Counted from the first letter of the stretch, positions 8,087 through 16,022 are shown. The stretch: DNA of 32,000 nucleotides from Candidatus Saccharimonadota bacterium (GCA_021654395.1 AP024486.1:300001-332000); one strand, 5' to 3'. Numbers and translations: made by a program. The notes: generated by a model from the sequence alone, not told the origin.

Positions 8087-9079
8087 TCAGCTATAATAAT
8101 TCTTGTATAGCCTATTAATAGACTCTCTAAATTCATTATCTACTGTAAATGTATATAGATATTCCTTTCCTATAAGCTCCAAGGCATATCTGATGAAGTT
8201 ATCATTATTCGATCTACAAGCTACAGACATTATCTGCCCATCTGTAAACAGTAGCTTAGAAGACTCTTTATCAATTCCTCTGCTCATAAGATAGAAAAGT
8301 TTCTCTTCGTCTATAGGTCCTGAGTAAGCAGAATGCTTTGCTATTAGATTATTCGTTTCAACATGCATATCTGGTAGTGCAGCTATATGCGAATCTCTAT
8401 CATAAGCAAAGCCTTCTTGGATGATATTGCTGAAAGAGCCTACTGCCTTACTCAGAGAATAGCTTAACGCCTTTATAAAGATCTTAGATGAATTCTTTGC
8501 AATAGCTCTTTCAACTATAAGTGATCTTGTACCATTGTCAATGTTACTCGATACGATCTCTAGATCAATCATACCATTATCTGCGTAAGCTAAGCTATTT
8601 ATCTCTATAGATGATCTGCCTATCTGCTCACTAGCAATCTTAGATCTTAGCTTATTAGTAGAGCCAAATATGAGATTTAGCTTAGCCTCACTATCTAAGC
8701 CTCTTATCTTATAGTCGATTAGAGATCTGATCTTTGATAGATATGCAATATTTATATCGATCCTTGAAGATATCGCTTCTATATTTAATCTATGCTCTTT
8801 GTAAGAAGCTATCTTGCTATTGGGGAATATATAGTATATGCTAATCTCTAGATTGCTATTGACAAGCTTCACATCTAGATCAGACAGATCCTCTATAAAG
8901 ATGCTTATACTGCCTTTTCTATCAGAGATAGTAAGCTCTTTTGTGTCTTTGTCTGTCTTATAGTCTGGCTGCATATCTGGCATACTATAATCAATATCGA
9001 CTATACTACTATCTTTCTCAAGAGCTATTGAGTATCTCTTATATATTTGCTTCTCCTTTATAAAGTCTATATCTAACAT
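8087..9079 (-). CDS. sufD: Fe-S cluster assembly protein SufD (divergent)
   Basis: 330 aa. The C-terminal block AKHSAYSGPIDEEKLFYLMSRGIDKESSKLLFTDGQI parallels the SufB/SufD signature. It sits between sufB and sufC and overlaps the sufB stop by 7 nt. Confidence 0.7.
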   Translation of the reverse strand: MLDIDFIKEKQIYKRYSIALEKDSSIVDIDYSMPDMQPDYKTDKDTKELTISDRKGSISIFIEDLSDLDVKLVNSNLEISIYYIFPNSKIASYKEHRLNIEAISSRIDINIAYLSKIRSLIDYKIRGLDSEAKLNLIFGSTNKLRSKIASEQIGRSSIEINSLAYADNGMIDLEIVSSNIDNGTRSLIVERAIAKNSSKIFIKALSYSLSKAVGSFSNIIQEGFAYDRDSHIAALPDMHVETNNLIAKHSAYSGPIDEEKLFYLMSRGIDKESSKLLFTDGQIMSVACRSNNDNFIRYALELIGKEYLYTFTVDNEFRESINRLYKNYYS

Positions 9080-10485
9080 ACTCCTCCCTTCATATTATTA
9101 AGCGCTATTAATCTCTTCAGCTCTAATGAGTATTCAAGAGGCAAGCTCTTTGCTAAAGGTTCAATAAAGCCTAGTATCATTAAAGTTACTGCTTCATCCT
9201 CTTTTATTCCTCTGGATTGTATATAGAAGAGCGTCTCCTCATCAAGCTTTCCAGTTGTTGCTTCATGCGATATAAAAGAGGAGCTATTGTTGATATCGTT
9301 GTATGGTAGAGTTGCTGTCTTTGAGATTTCATCAACAAGAAGTGCATCACACTTGACAGCAGCTTTAGAGTTTTCAGCATTCTTAGCTATATACACTAAT
9401 CCTCTATAATTTGTAAAGCCTCCTTTACTAGATACGCTTCTTGAGATAATCTCGGACTCTGTCTCTTCTGCTAGATGGTATATCTTACCTCCAGAATCCT
9501 GGATCTGATTCTCTCCAGCCATAGCTATAGATACAACTCTTCCTCTTGCCCTTCTTCCTTTAAGGAAGACGCTAGGGTACTTCATATTTACTTTACTGCC
9601 TATATTACCATCTATCCATTCAACAAATGCATCTTCGTATGCATGGGCTCTCTGTGTTACTAAGTTATAAACGTTCTTCGACCAGTTCTGTACAGTTACA
9701 TATCTCACATGAGCTCCTTTTAATGCTACTATCTCAACAACAGCGGCATGCAACGATGAGCTTATGTATATAGGAGCTGTACAGCCTTCTATATATGTAA
9801 CGTCTGAACCTTCATCAGCTATTATTAATGTTCTCTCAAACTGACCTGCCTTTTCAGCGTTTATCCTAAAATAAGCTTGTAATGGCATCGGTACTTTAAC
9901 TCCCTTTGGCACGTATATGAATGAGCCGCCGCTCCAAACAGCTGTATTTAAGGCTGCAAACTTATTATCGTTATAAGGCACTACAGTACCAAAGTATTTT
10001 CTGAATAGGTCTTCATACTTCTTAAGTGCTTCATCTGTACTTATAAATATAACGCCAAGCTCCTCAAGCTCTTTTCTTACTCTGCTATATACAACCTCTG
10101 AATCATACTGTGCCTCTGCACCTGCAAAGAACTTTCTCTCTGCCTCTGGTATACCAAGCTTCTCAAAGGTCGCTTTTATGTCTTCTGGAAGCTCATCCCA
10201 GCTACTGCTCTTTTTATCAGTAGGCTTAAGATAGTAATATATATCATCAAAGTTTATCTCTTTTAGAGATGGCCCCCAATCAGGCAATGGCTTATTCTTA
10301 AATGCATTATAAGCCTTTAGTCTAATATCGAGCATCCATTCAGGCTCTCCTTTAACGCTAGAGATATACCTTACTGTCTCTTCGTTTAAGCCTTTCTTTT
10401 GAACCTTATAGTTGAGATTATCCTTAAATCCGTATCTTTTCTCATAGCTCTCTAGATCCTGAAATAGATCTTCCATCAGATTCAC
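9073..10485 (-). CDS. sufB: Fe-S cluster assembly scaffold SufB
   Basis: 470 aa. Conserved C-terminal region KCDALLVDE...TLPY...ISHEATTGKLDEETLFYIQSRGIKEDEAVTLMILGF. The track start at 10485 is GTG; an in-frame ATG (M4) lies at 10476. Confidence 0.9.
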   Translation of the reverse strand: MNLMEDLFQDLESYEKRYGFKDNLNYKVQKKGLNEETVRYISSVKGEPEWMLDIRLKAYNAFKNKPLPDWGPSLKEINFDDIYYYLKPTDKKSSSWDELPEDIKATFEKLGIPEAERKFFAGAEAQYDSEVVYSRVRKELEELGVIFISTDEALKKYEDLFRKYFGTVVPYNDNKFAALNTAVWSGGSFIYVPKGVKVPMPLQAYFRINAEKAGQFERTLIIADEGSDVTYIEGCTAPIYISSSLHAAVVEIVALKGAHVRYVTVQNWSKNVYNLVTQRAHAYEDAFVEWIDGNIGSKVNMKYPSVFLKGRRARGRVVSIAMAGENQIQDSGGKIYHLAEETESEIISRSVSSKGGFTNYRGLVYIAKNAENSKAAVKCDALLVDEISKTATLPYNDINNSSSFISHEATTGKLDEETLFYIQSRGIKEDEAVTLMILGFIEPLAKSLPLEYSLELKRLIALNNMKGGVC

Positions 10486-10500
10486 TATAACTCAGTTATA
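10486..10500. promoter_or_regulatory. Perfect palindrome TATAACT-c-AGTTATA abutting the sufB start and overlapping its TATA-like box
   Basis: 7-bp arms with a 1-nt centre, checked base by base. The minus-strand TATA-like TTAAATATAA (10496-10505) overlaps it, about 25 nt upstream of the sufB ATG at 10476. Confidence 0.4.
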
Positions 10501-10542
10501 TTTAATGCACAATCAGGTTTTTATATCTTTTTAGGAGCATCA

Positions 10543-10556
10543 TATATCATGATATA
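10543..10556. promoter_or_regulatory. Perfect 14-bp palindrome TATATCATGATATA in the sufB/mtaB divergent intergenic region
   Basis: Checked base by base. Located about 60-70 nt upstream of the mtaB-like ATG. AT-rich palindromes can occur by chance. Confidence 0.25.
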
Positions 10557-10580
10557 CTTCTTACTAAAATTACTAAAGCT

Positions 10581-10588
10581 TTTAATTA
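10581..10588 (+). promoter_or_regulatory. TATA-like box TTTAATTA about 30 nt upstream of the 10615 ATG
   Basis: Position fits a leaderless or near-leaderless archaeal transcript. Sequence only. Confidence 0.3.
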
Positions 10589-10614
10589 CTAATCTTAAAC
10601 TAATGTAGATTGAT

Positions 10615-11871
10615 ATGAAGGTTGCGATAGAGACTTATGGATGCACGCTAAATCAAGCAGATTCAGATATTATAAGATCCATATTAGAGAATAACGGAAT
10701 AGAGATAACAGAAGATGGAGAGGATGTAAGAATAATAAACACATGCACTGTAAAGTCAACCACAGAGCAGAAGATCTTAAACAGAATTAGAACATTAAGA
10801 TCAAAGAAGCTAATAGTAACTGGATGCATGGCTTCAGCAAATAAGGATCTAATCTTGAAAGCAGCGCCTAAAGCATCTATATTGACAGCTAGCAATATAG
10901 CAGATATAGCAGATGCTGTAAGATCTGTTTATAATGGTAAGCAGATTATCAAAGATAGTATAAAGATAGATGATAGAATAAGTTATCTAGAGCCAAGAGG
11001 AGTAATAGCAAGAATACCAATAAGCGAAGGTTGCTTAAGTAACTGTAGCTTCTGTGAAACAAAGCTTGCAAGAGGTCCTCTGCATAGCTTTGACATCTCG
11101 CTAATAAGAAAGGCAGTAGAGATAAGCTTAAGGAATGGTGCTAAAGAGATACAGCTTACTGCTCAGGATGTAGGTGCATACGGTAGAGACAAAGGAACTA
11201 ATATAGCTAAGCTTGTAGAAGATATATCGCAGATAGATGGTAACTTCATGATAAGGATAGGTATGATGAATCCAGAGCATATTCATCTTTACATAGATGA
11301 GCTAATTGAGCAGTATAGGAGTAATAGCAAGCTATATCATTTCATTCATCTACCATTGCAATCTGGGAGCGATCGCATACTTAAGCTAATGAAGAGAAGA
11401 TATAGCTACGATGATTATAAAAGCTACATAAAGGAGCTTAAAGATAAGGTTCCTGATATAACTATAGAGACAGATATGATCGTTGGGTTCCCTACAGAGT
11501 CGGAGGAGGACTTTAACAGATCTATAGAAGCTATAAAGGAGATAAGATTTGATGTTATCAATGTATCGAGATATAGTGTTAGACCACATACAGAGGCCTC
11601 AATGATGCGAAATATAAGAACAGAGATAATAAAGGAGAGAAGCATTATAATGAGCAGGATAGTTAGAGAGATAGAAGCTGAGAGAAATCTAGAGTATGTA
11701 AACAAAAATGTATTAGCACTCATTACAGAGAAGAGCAGCAACTGCTATAAAGGCAGAACATATAACTATAAGCAGCTAGTAATAGATAATGAAAGAGTAA
11801 AGCTAGGAGATACAGTAGTTGCAAATATTATTAGTGCGAATAGCACATCACTATTTGGAAAGATATTATGA
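10615..11871 (+). CDS. mtaB: Radical-SAM tRNA methylthiotransferase, MiaB/MtaB (CDKAL1-like) family
   Basis: N-terminal UPF0004-type Cys triad (YGCTLNQ, INTCTV, VTGCMA), radical-SAM CxxxCxxC (EGCLSNCSFCETK) and a C-terminal TRAM-like beta segment (GDTVVANIISANSTSLFGKIL). Confidence 0.75.
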   Translation: MKVAIETYGCTLNQADSDIIRSILENNGIEITEDGEDVRIINTCTVKSTTEQKILNRIRTLRSKKLIVTGCMASANKDLILKAAPKASILTASNIADIADAVRSVYNGKQIIKDSIKIDDRISYLEPRGVIARIPISEGCLSNCSFCETKLARGPLHSFDISLIRKAVEISLRNGAKEIQLTAQDVGAYGRDKGTNIAKLVEDISQIDGNFMIRIGMMNPEHIHLYIDELIEQYRSNSKLYHFIHLPLQSGSDRILKLMKRRYSYDDYKSYIKELKDKVPDITIETDMIVGFPTESEEDFNRSIEAIKEIRFDVINVSRYSVRPHTEASMMRNIRTEIIKERSIIMSRIVREIEAERNLEYVNKNVLALITEKSSNCYKGRTYNYKQLVIDNERVKLGDTVVANIISANSTSLFGKIL

Positions 11872-13193
11872 ACGCATATGAGACTTTAAGATCAAAGGGA
11901 ATATCCCTTTCTGATATAATAGAGATAAAATGGAGAGGCATAGAGATAAAAGGAGAGCTTATGCCTAGCTCAGAGGTAAACGGTGAGGATATAATAATAC
12001 TCAAGTTAGAGAATGGATATAATATCGGAGTAAGTATATCAGAGATAGAAGATATTAAAAGAATCTCATCTGGAAGTAAGATAGAAAGCTTCCCTGAAGC
12101 AAAGCTTGAAGGCTCATCTAACAAGAAGATCGCTATAGTAACAACCGGTGGCACAATAGGTAGCAGGGTAGATTACAAGACAGGAGGCGTATATATGCTG
12201 CTAAAGCCAGAGCAACTGCTTTATAATGTTCAGGAGATCAATAGCATAGCAAAGATCGAGCTATCTCCTCTATTCAGTATAGCCAGCGAAGACATGACAT
12301 ATATAGAGTGGCAGAAGATAGCTAAAGAGGCAGAGCGATTATCAAGAGAAGAAGACATAGAAGGCATAATAGTAACAATAGGTACTGATACTATGCATTA
12401 CGCTTCTGCAGCACTTTCATTTATGCTAAAAGAGATAAAGCTACCAATAGTTTTGACTGGGGCTCAAAGAAGCAGCGATAGGGGCTCTAGCGATGCATTT
12501 ATGAATCTAATATGCTCTTCTTATATAGCCCTTTCAGATATAGCAGAGGTTGGAGTATGCATGCATGCTTCTAGCTCTGATGATAGATGTCATTTTATAA
12601 GAGGTACAAAAGCAAGAAAGATGCATACTTCTAGAAGAGATGCATTTAGACCTATTAACGATCTACCTATAGCAGAGGTAGATACTATAGGCAATATAAT
12701 ATACAAGAGTAGCTATAGAAAGAAGGATACTTCAGATAGAGATAGCTTTAAGGCGTTAGTTGGCTTTGAGAGAAAGGTAGCATTAGTTAAGATGCATCCT
12801 AATATTGATCCTAGCATAATAAGCTACTATACAGATAAAGGTTATAAGGGCATTATAATTGAGGGCACTGGTTTGGGGCATGTTGCGATCTCCACAGAGC
12901 ATAAAGAGTTTAACTGGAAAGAGTCTATAAAGTATGCTATTGATAATGGCGTTATAATTGGTATGACATCACAATGTCTATACGGCAGAGTAAATGATAG
13001 CGTATATAGGAACTTAAGAATAATAAGCGGTCTAGGAGTAATATACTGTGAAGATATGCTTCCAGAGACTGCACTAGTAAAGCTCTCCTGGCTTCTAGGT
13101 AACTTTAAAGAGGAAGATGCTAAACAGCTTCTGAATAAGAATCTTGTTGGTGAGATATCTGATAGAACGAGATTTCATGAGTTTATGAACTAG
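11868..13193 (+). CDS. gatD: Glutamyl-tRNA(Gln) amidotransferase subunit D
   Basis: 441 aa. N-terminal GatD-specific domain followed by an asparaginase-like domain with IAIVTTGGTIGS and GTDTMHY motifs. ATGA overlap with the upstream gene. No gatE in the window. Confidence 0.9.
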   Translation: MNAYETLRSKGISLSDIIEIKWRGIEIKGELMPSSEVNGEDIIILKLENGYNIGVSISEIEDIKRISSGSKIESFPEAKLEGSSNKKIAIVTTGGTIGSRVDYKTGGVYMLLKPEQLLYNVQEINSIAKIELSPLFSIASEDMTYIEWQKIAKEAERLSREEDIEGIIVTIGTDTMHYASAALSFMLKEIKLPIVLTGAQRSSDRGSSDAFMNLICSSYIALSDIAEVGVCMHASSSDDRCHFIRGTKARKMHTSRRDAFRPINDLPIAEVDTIGNIIYKSSYRKKDTSDRDSFKALVGFERKVALVKMHPNIDPSIISYYTDKGYKGIIIEGTGLGHVAISTEHKEFNWKESIKYAIDNGVIIGMTSQCLYGRVNDSVYRNLRIISGLGVIYCEDMLPETALVKLSWLLGNFKEEDAKQLLNKNLVGEISDRTRFHEFMN

Positions 13194-13827
13194 AGCTCAT
13201 AAGAAAGATGCTTGCAGAGATACCTTCAAAGAAGTATCTCTTGCATATGTAAATTATCTCTATGCAGCTATCATCTAGCTCCTCTAGAAGCTCATTTCTG
13301 TATATAGAATCGTAAATAAAGCACAAGTAGGTATCAGTTACAGATCTATCTATGAGCTGATCTACTAGCTCTCTATAGATCATATATGGCTTATCATAAG
13401 GACTTATAAGCTGCGTAGCCTCTTCTACACTAAGAGTATCAGAAGATTCGTCTCTCTTAAGATAAGGCCCATTGAATATAATCAAGCTTTTATCTAAGTT
13501 TAGATTCTTATCTAAGCTTTTAAGTATGTCTGATCTTATTACACTAATCCTATCAGCGTTTAGCAGATGTAAATTTCTTGATACGTTATAGGATGCATTT
13601 CTTACTGCTTCTTTGCTTATGTCTACAAGTATAAGCTCATGCAAGCTAAATAGAGTAGATGCATATAAGCCAAGTACGCCAGTACCAGCTCCTATATCTA
13701 ATACTTTCTTTATGTCTACTCTTTTGTATCTCTTTAGTATCTTAATAAGATCCATAGCTAGAAATGTATCGTCAGAAGGCAGGTATACATCTTTATATAC
13801 TGTTATATCAAGATCTAAGATCTTCAT
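13183..13827 (-). CDS. HemK-related (Mtq2-like) SAM-dependent methyltransferase, putative release-factor glutamine methylase
   Basis: N-terminal VYLPSDDTFLAMDLI, SAM motif I VLDIGAGTGVLGL, and a motif IV variant IIFNGPYL in place of NPPY. Its 3' end overlaps gatD convergently by 11 nt. Confidence 0.6.
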   Translation of the reverse strand: MKILDLDITVYKDVYLPSDDTFLAMDLIKILKRYKRVDIKKVLDIGAGTGVLGLYASTLFSLHELILVDISKEAVRNASYNVSRNLHLLNADRISVIRSDILKSLDKNLNLDKSLIIFNGPYLKRDESSDTLSVEEATQLISPYDKPYMIYRELVDQLIDRSVTDTYLCFIYDSIYRNELLEELDDSCIEIIYICKRYFFEGISASIFLMSSSS

Positions 13828-13846
13828 AGAAAAATTCTAGATAATA

Positions 13847-13954
13847 TGCAGGGGGTGAGATTTGAACTCACGAAGGCCACTAGGCCACAGGATCTTAAGT
13901 CCTGCGCATTTTTCTGTGGTCGGAAAAGGCCAGACCAGGCTCTGCCACCCCTGC
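13847..13954 (-). tRNA. tRNA-Leu (anticodon UAA), class II, with about 19 extra nt in the D-loop
   Basis: Minus-strand read: GCAGGGG-TG-GCAG-AGCCTGGTC[TGGCCTTTTCCGACCACAG]AAAA-ATGC-G-CAGGA-CTTAAGA-TCCTG-T-GGCC-TAGT-GGCC-TTC-GTGAG-TTCAAAT-CTCAC-CCCCTGC-A. It has a 7-bp acceptor stem, a 5-bp anticodon stem, a CU-UAA-GA loop, a long variable arm and a canonical T-arm. CCA is not encoded. Confidence 0.8.
13914..13932 (-). other. Putative non-canonical tRNA intron in the D-loop (boundaries uncertain by about 2 nt)
   Basis: Removing TGGCCTTTTCCGACCACAG restores a normal Leu D-loop, AGCCTGGTCAAAA, between the D-stem halves GCAG/ATGC. The insert pairs with exon bases (TGGT/ACCA, then GG/CC), leaving short unpaired stretches on both sides. 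Confidence 0.5.
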
Positions 13955-13968
13955 ATAGTTAAAGATCT

Positions 13969-14715
13969 TTAACCATACATCTGATTATGTTCTGTAATTC
14001 CAACTCTCTTATAATTCTCATGAGCCTGCTTACTCTTATTAAGTACCTCTCTTATCTTCTCATTTAGTAGCTTTGACTCTTTCTCTAGCTCTGTTATATC
14101 TATATTTATATCTAATAAGTCATTTACTGCTTTTATTGCTATCTCTGCATACTTTGGATCTATAAGCTCTTGTATTATTGGTACCATTATATTATAGATC
14201 TTTACGTTACTATAATCGTCTAATAGAAGATTATTTATTATTGCAGAGTTGACTCCAGTAAAGGCGCCCTCTTTTATAACTTCTATACCCTTGCTCTCTA
14301 GATCCTTATTCAGATCTTTAGGAAATCCGATCCCATATGCCTTATTTCTATCTATATCTCTACTTATCATAAAACCGACTATACTTATAGTCTTATCGAT
14401 CTTATTATCAACTATAAATCTTTTTAATGATCTGCCTGCTATATAGAGCAACTCTGGCGGTATAGCCACCTCTGATAGTATAGCCAGAAGCTTTAGCTTC
14501 TCAGAAGCATATATTCTTATCGGTGGCATTATTGTTCCATTATGTATAGATATTATCATAGGAAAGCGATCAGAGTAGATAAAGCCTATATTCTGCATAT
14601 TAAGCTTATCTATAAGATACTCAACAGCCATTGTGCCTACTAAACCAGGTGATGGAAAGCCTTCAATAAGGTCATATCCTTTTAGATTTATATCCTTGAA
14701 TAGCTTGATCTTCAA
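13969..14715 (-). CDS. PAC2-family proteasome assembly chaperone-like protein (COG1938 type)
   Basis: 248 aa. The N-terminal LIEGFPSPGLVGTMAVEYLIDKL matches the G-F-P-x-x-G-L-V-G signature of archaeal PAC2/PbaB-like proteins. Charged helical C-terminal tail. Confidence 0.65.
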   Translation of the reverse strand: MKIKLFKDINLKGYDLIEGFPSPGLVGTMAVEYLIDKLNMQNIGFIYSDRFPMIISIHNGTIMPPIRIYASEKLKLLAILSEVAIPPELLYIAGRSLKRFIVDNKIDKTISIVGFMISRDIDRNKAYGIGFPKDLNKDLESKGIEVIKEGAFTGVNSAIINNLLLDDYSNVKIYNIMVPIIQELIDPKYAEIAIKAVNDLLDINIDITELEKESKLLNEKIREVLNKSKQAHENYKRVGITEHNQMYG

Positions 14716-14822
14716 TTACTACACCTACTTTTAATTTAATAGTGAATCTTTAATAAAGGTTATTAATATAACATCTATTTTAATTAGTATCCTATACTAA
14801 ATATGAGATTATAGTGATATAT

Positions 14823-15392
14823 ATGATAGAAAGAGTACTGGTTTTAATAAAGCCAGATGGTGTAGAGAGAGCTCTCATAGGCAAGATAGTAGCAGCATAT
14901 GAAGAGTCAGGATTAAAAGTAATTGCTATGAAGATGCTAATACCTACCGAAAAGCAGGCAAGCGATCATTACATAGCAGATGAGAAGTGGCTTAAAGAAG
15001 TCGGAGAGAAGTCAAAGAAGTCTTATATGGAGAAGGGAATAGAAGTAAAAGAGTCTGAGATTGAGATAGGGATGAGGATAAGAAACAATCTAATAAGATA
15101 TCTTACTAGCGGGCCAATAGTAGCATTTGTATTAGAAGGAAATAATGCTATATCTGTAGCAAGAAAGATAGCTGGCTCAACAGACTCTTCAAAGGCAGAT
15201 CCATCAACTATAAGAGGCAGATATAGCAATGACTCATATGATCTTGCAGACTCTCAAGGCAGAGCCTTAAGGAATCTAGTTCATGTATCTGATTCAAGAG
15301 AGACCGCTGAAAGAGAGATATCTGTCTGGTTCAGTAAAGAAGAGCTAATTAGTTACAAAAGAGCAGATGAGATAGCGCAGTATGGTCGCTAA
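14823..15392 (+). CDS. ndk: Nucleoside diphosphate kinase (long form with two insertions)
   Basis: MIERVLVLIKPDGV start, TSGPIVAFVLEG, TIRGRY and the active-site His in NLVHVSDS. The track start at 14814 is GTG; the ATG at 14823 gives the canonical N-terminus. Confidence 0.85.
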   Translation: MIERVLVLIKPDGVERALIGKIVAAYEESGLKVIAMKMLIPTEKQASDHYIADEKWLKEVGEKSKKSYMEKGIEVKESEIEIGMRIRNNLIRYLTSGPIVAFVLEGNNAISVARKIAGSTDSSKADPSTIRGRYSNDSYDLADSQGRALRNLVHVSDSRETAEREISVWFSKEELISYKRADEIAQYGR

Positions 15393-15688
15393 AGCATATT
15401 AAATTTAGCTTTAAGCTCAGGACTCATCATCTCTGGGGTCCACATAGGATCCCAGCTAAGCTCGATATCTACTTTTTCTATTCCTTTTATAGATTCTAGT
15501 CTTAGCTGTACATCAGCCAATATTATGCTTGTAACAGGGCACATAGGGGATGTCATTGTAAGCTTAACCTTTACATTATTTCCATTTATCTTTATATCTT
15601 GAATAAGTCCTATGCTGACTATATCCGCTCCTATCTCTGGATCCACACACTTAGAGAGCTGCTCTACGACATCCTTTATTGTAACCAT
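15389..15688 (-). CDS. DUF59 / MIP18 (SufT-like) Fe-S assembly-associated protein
   Basis: 99 aa. VDPEIGADIVSIGLIQDIKI and MTSPMCPV motifs, typical of DUF59 proteins. Confidence 0.7.
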   Translation of the reverse strand: MVTIKDVVEQLSKCVDPEIGADIVSIGLIQDIKINGNNVKVKLTMTSPMCPVTSIILADVQLRLESIKGIEKVDIELSWDPMWTPEMMSPELKAKFNML

Positions 15689-15792
15689 TATCTATCAATA
15701 GCATATTAATTGCAGGAATATATTTAAAAATGTTCGCTTTGTACTATCTAATTTATAAATTTTACATCAGTATTGATAAGTAGGTGGTCTAT

Positions 15793-15981
15793 ATGGCAAA
15801 TCCTTCAAAGGTAGAAGTTGATCTGAAAGATGTATGTGGCTGCGCAGTAAAATTAGAAGCAGCTAATGAGCAAGAGTTAGCAAAGAAAGTTGCAGATCAT
15901 GCAAAGCAGCAGCATAATATAAAAGGAGCTCTACCAAAGGAGTTAGAAGAGAAGTTCAGGAAGGCAATAAAGAGGAAGTAA
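15793..15981 (+). CDS. DUF1059-like small metal-binding protein
   Basis: About 62 aa with a VCGCAV motif followed by a helical ELAKKVADHAKQQHNI segment. The ATG at 15793 is preceded by the SD-like AGGTGG (15782-15787) at 5-nt spacing. The track start at 15784 is a GTG inside that SD. Confidence 0.5.
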   Translation: MANPSKVEVDLKDVCGCAVKLEAANEQELAKKVADHAKQQHNIKGALPKELEEKFRKAIKRK

Positions 15982-16016
15982 ATTCAATTAACTGAATAGA
16001 AGATAGCTATTTAATG

Positions 16017-16022
16017 TTTTTT
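16017..16022 (+). terminator. Oligo-T tract (T6) downstream of the DUF1059-like gene
   Basis: Archaeal RNA polymerase terminates at oligo-T runs, and this one lies 36 nt after the stop. Such runs are frequent in AT-rich DNA. Confidence 0.25.

Noticed and set aside
9073-10485. Possible intein or frameshift in sufB and other large genes (smc, cca, gatD)
   Set aside because: All of these ORFs are continuous and of normal length for their families. None has an inserted block bounded by Cys/Ser...His-Asn intein junctions.
10653-12154. Minus-strand ORFs 10653-10895, 11386-11589, 11424-11741 and 11831-12154
   Set aside because: They are antisense to the methylthiotransferase and gatD, have low-complexity hydrophobic translations, and overlap each other in different frames.
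13828-13968. tRNA locus as a possible integration site / genomic island boundary
   Set aside because: The window has no integrase, no direct repeat of the tRNA 3' end, and no compositional shift or accessory cargo on either side. The flanking genes are core housekeeping.
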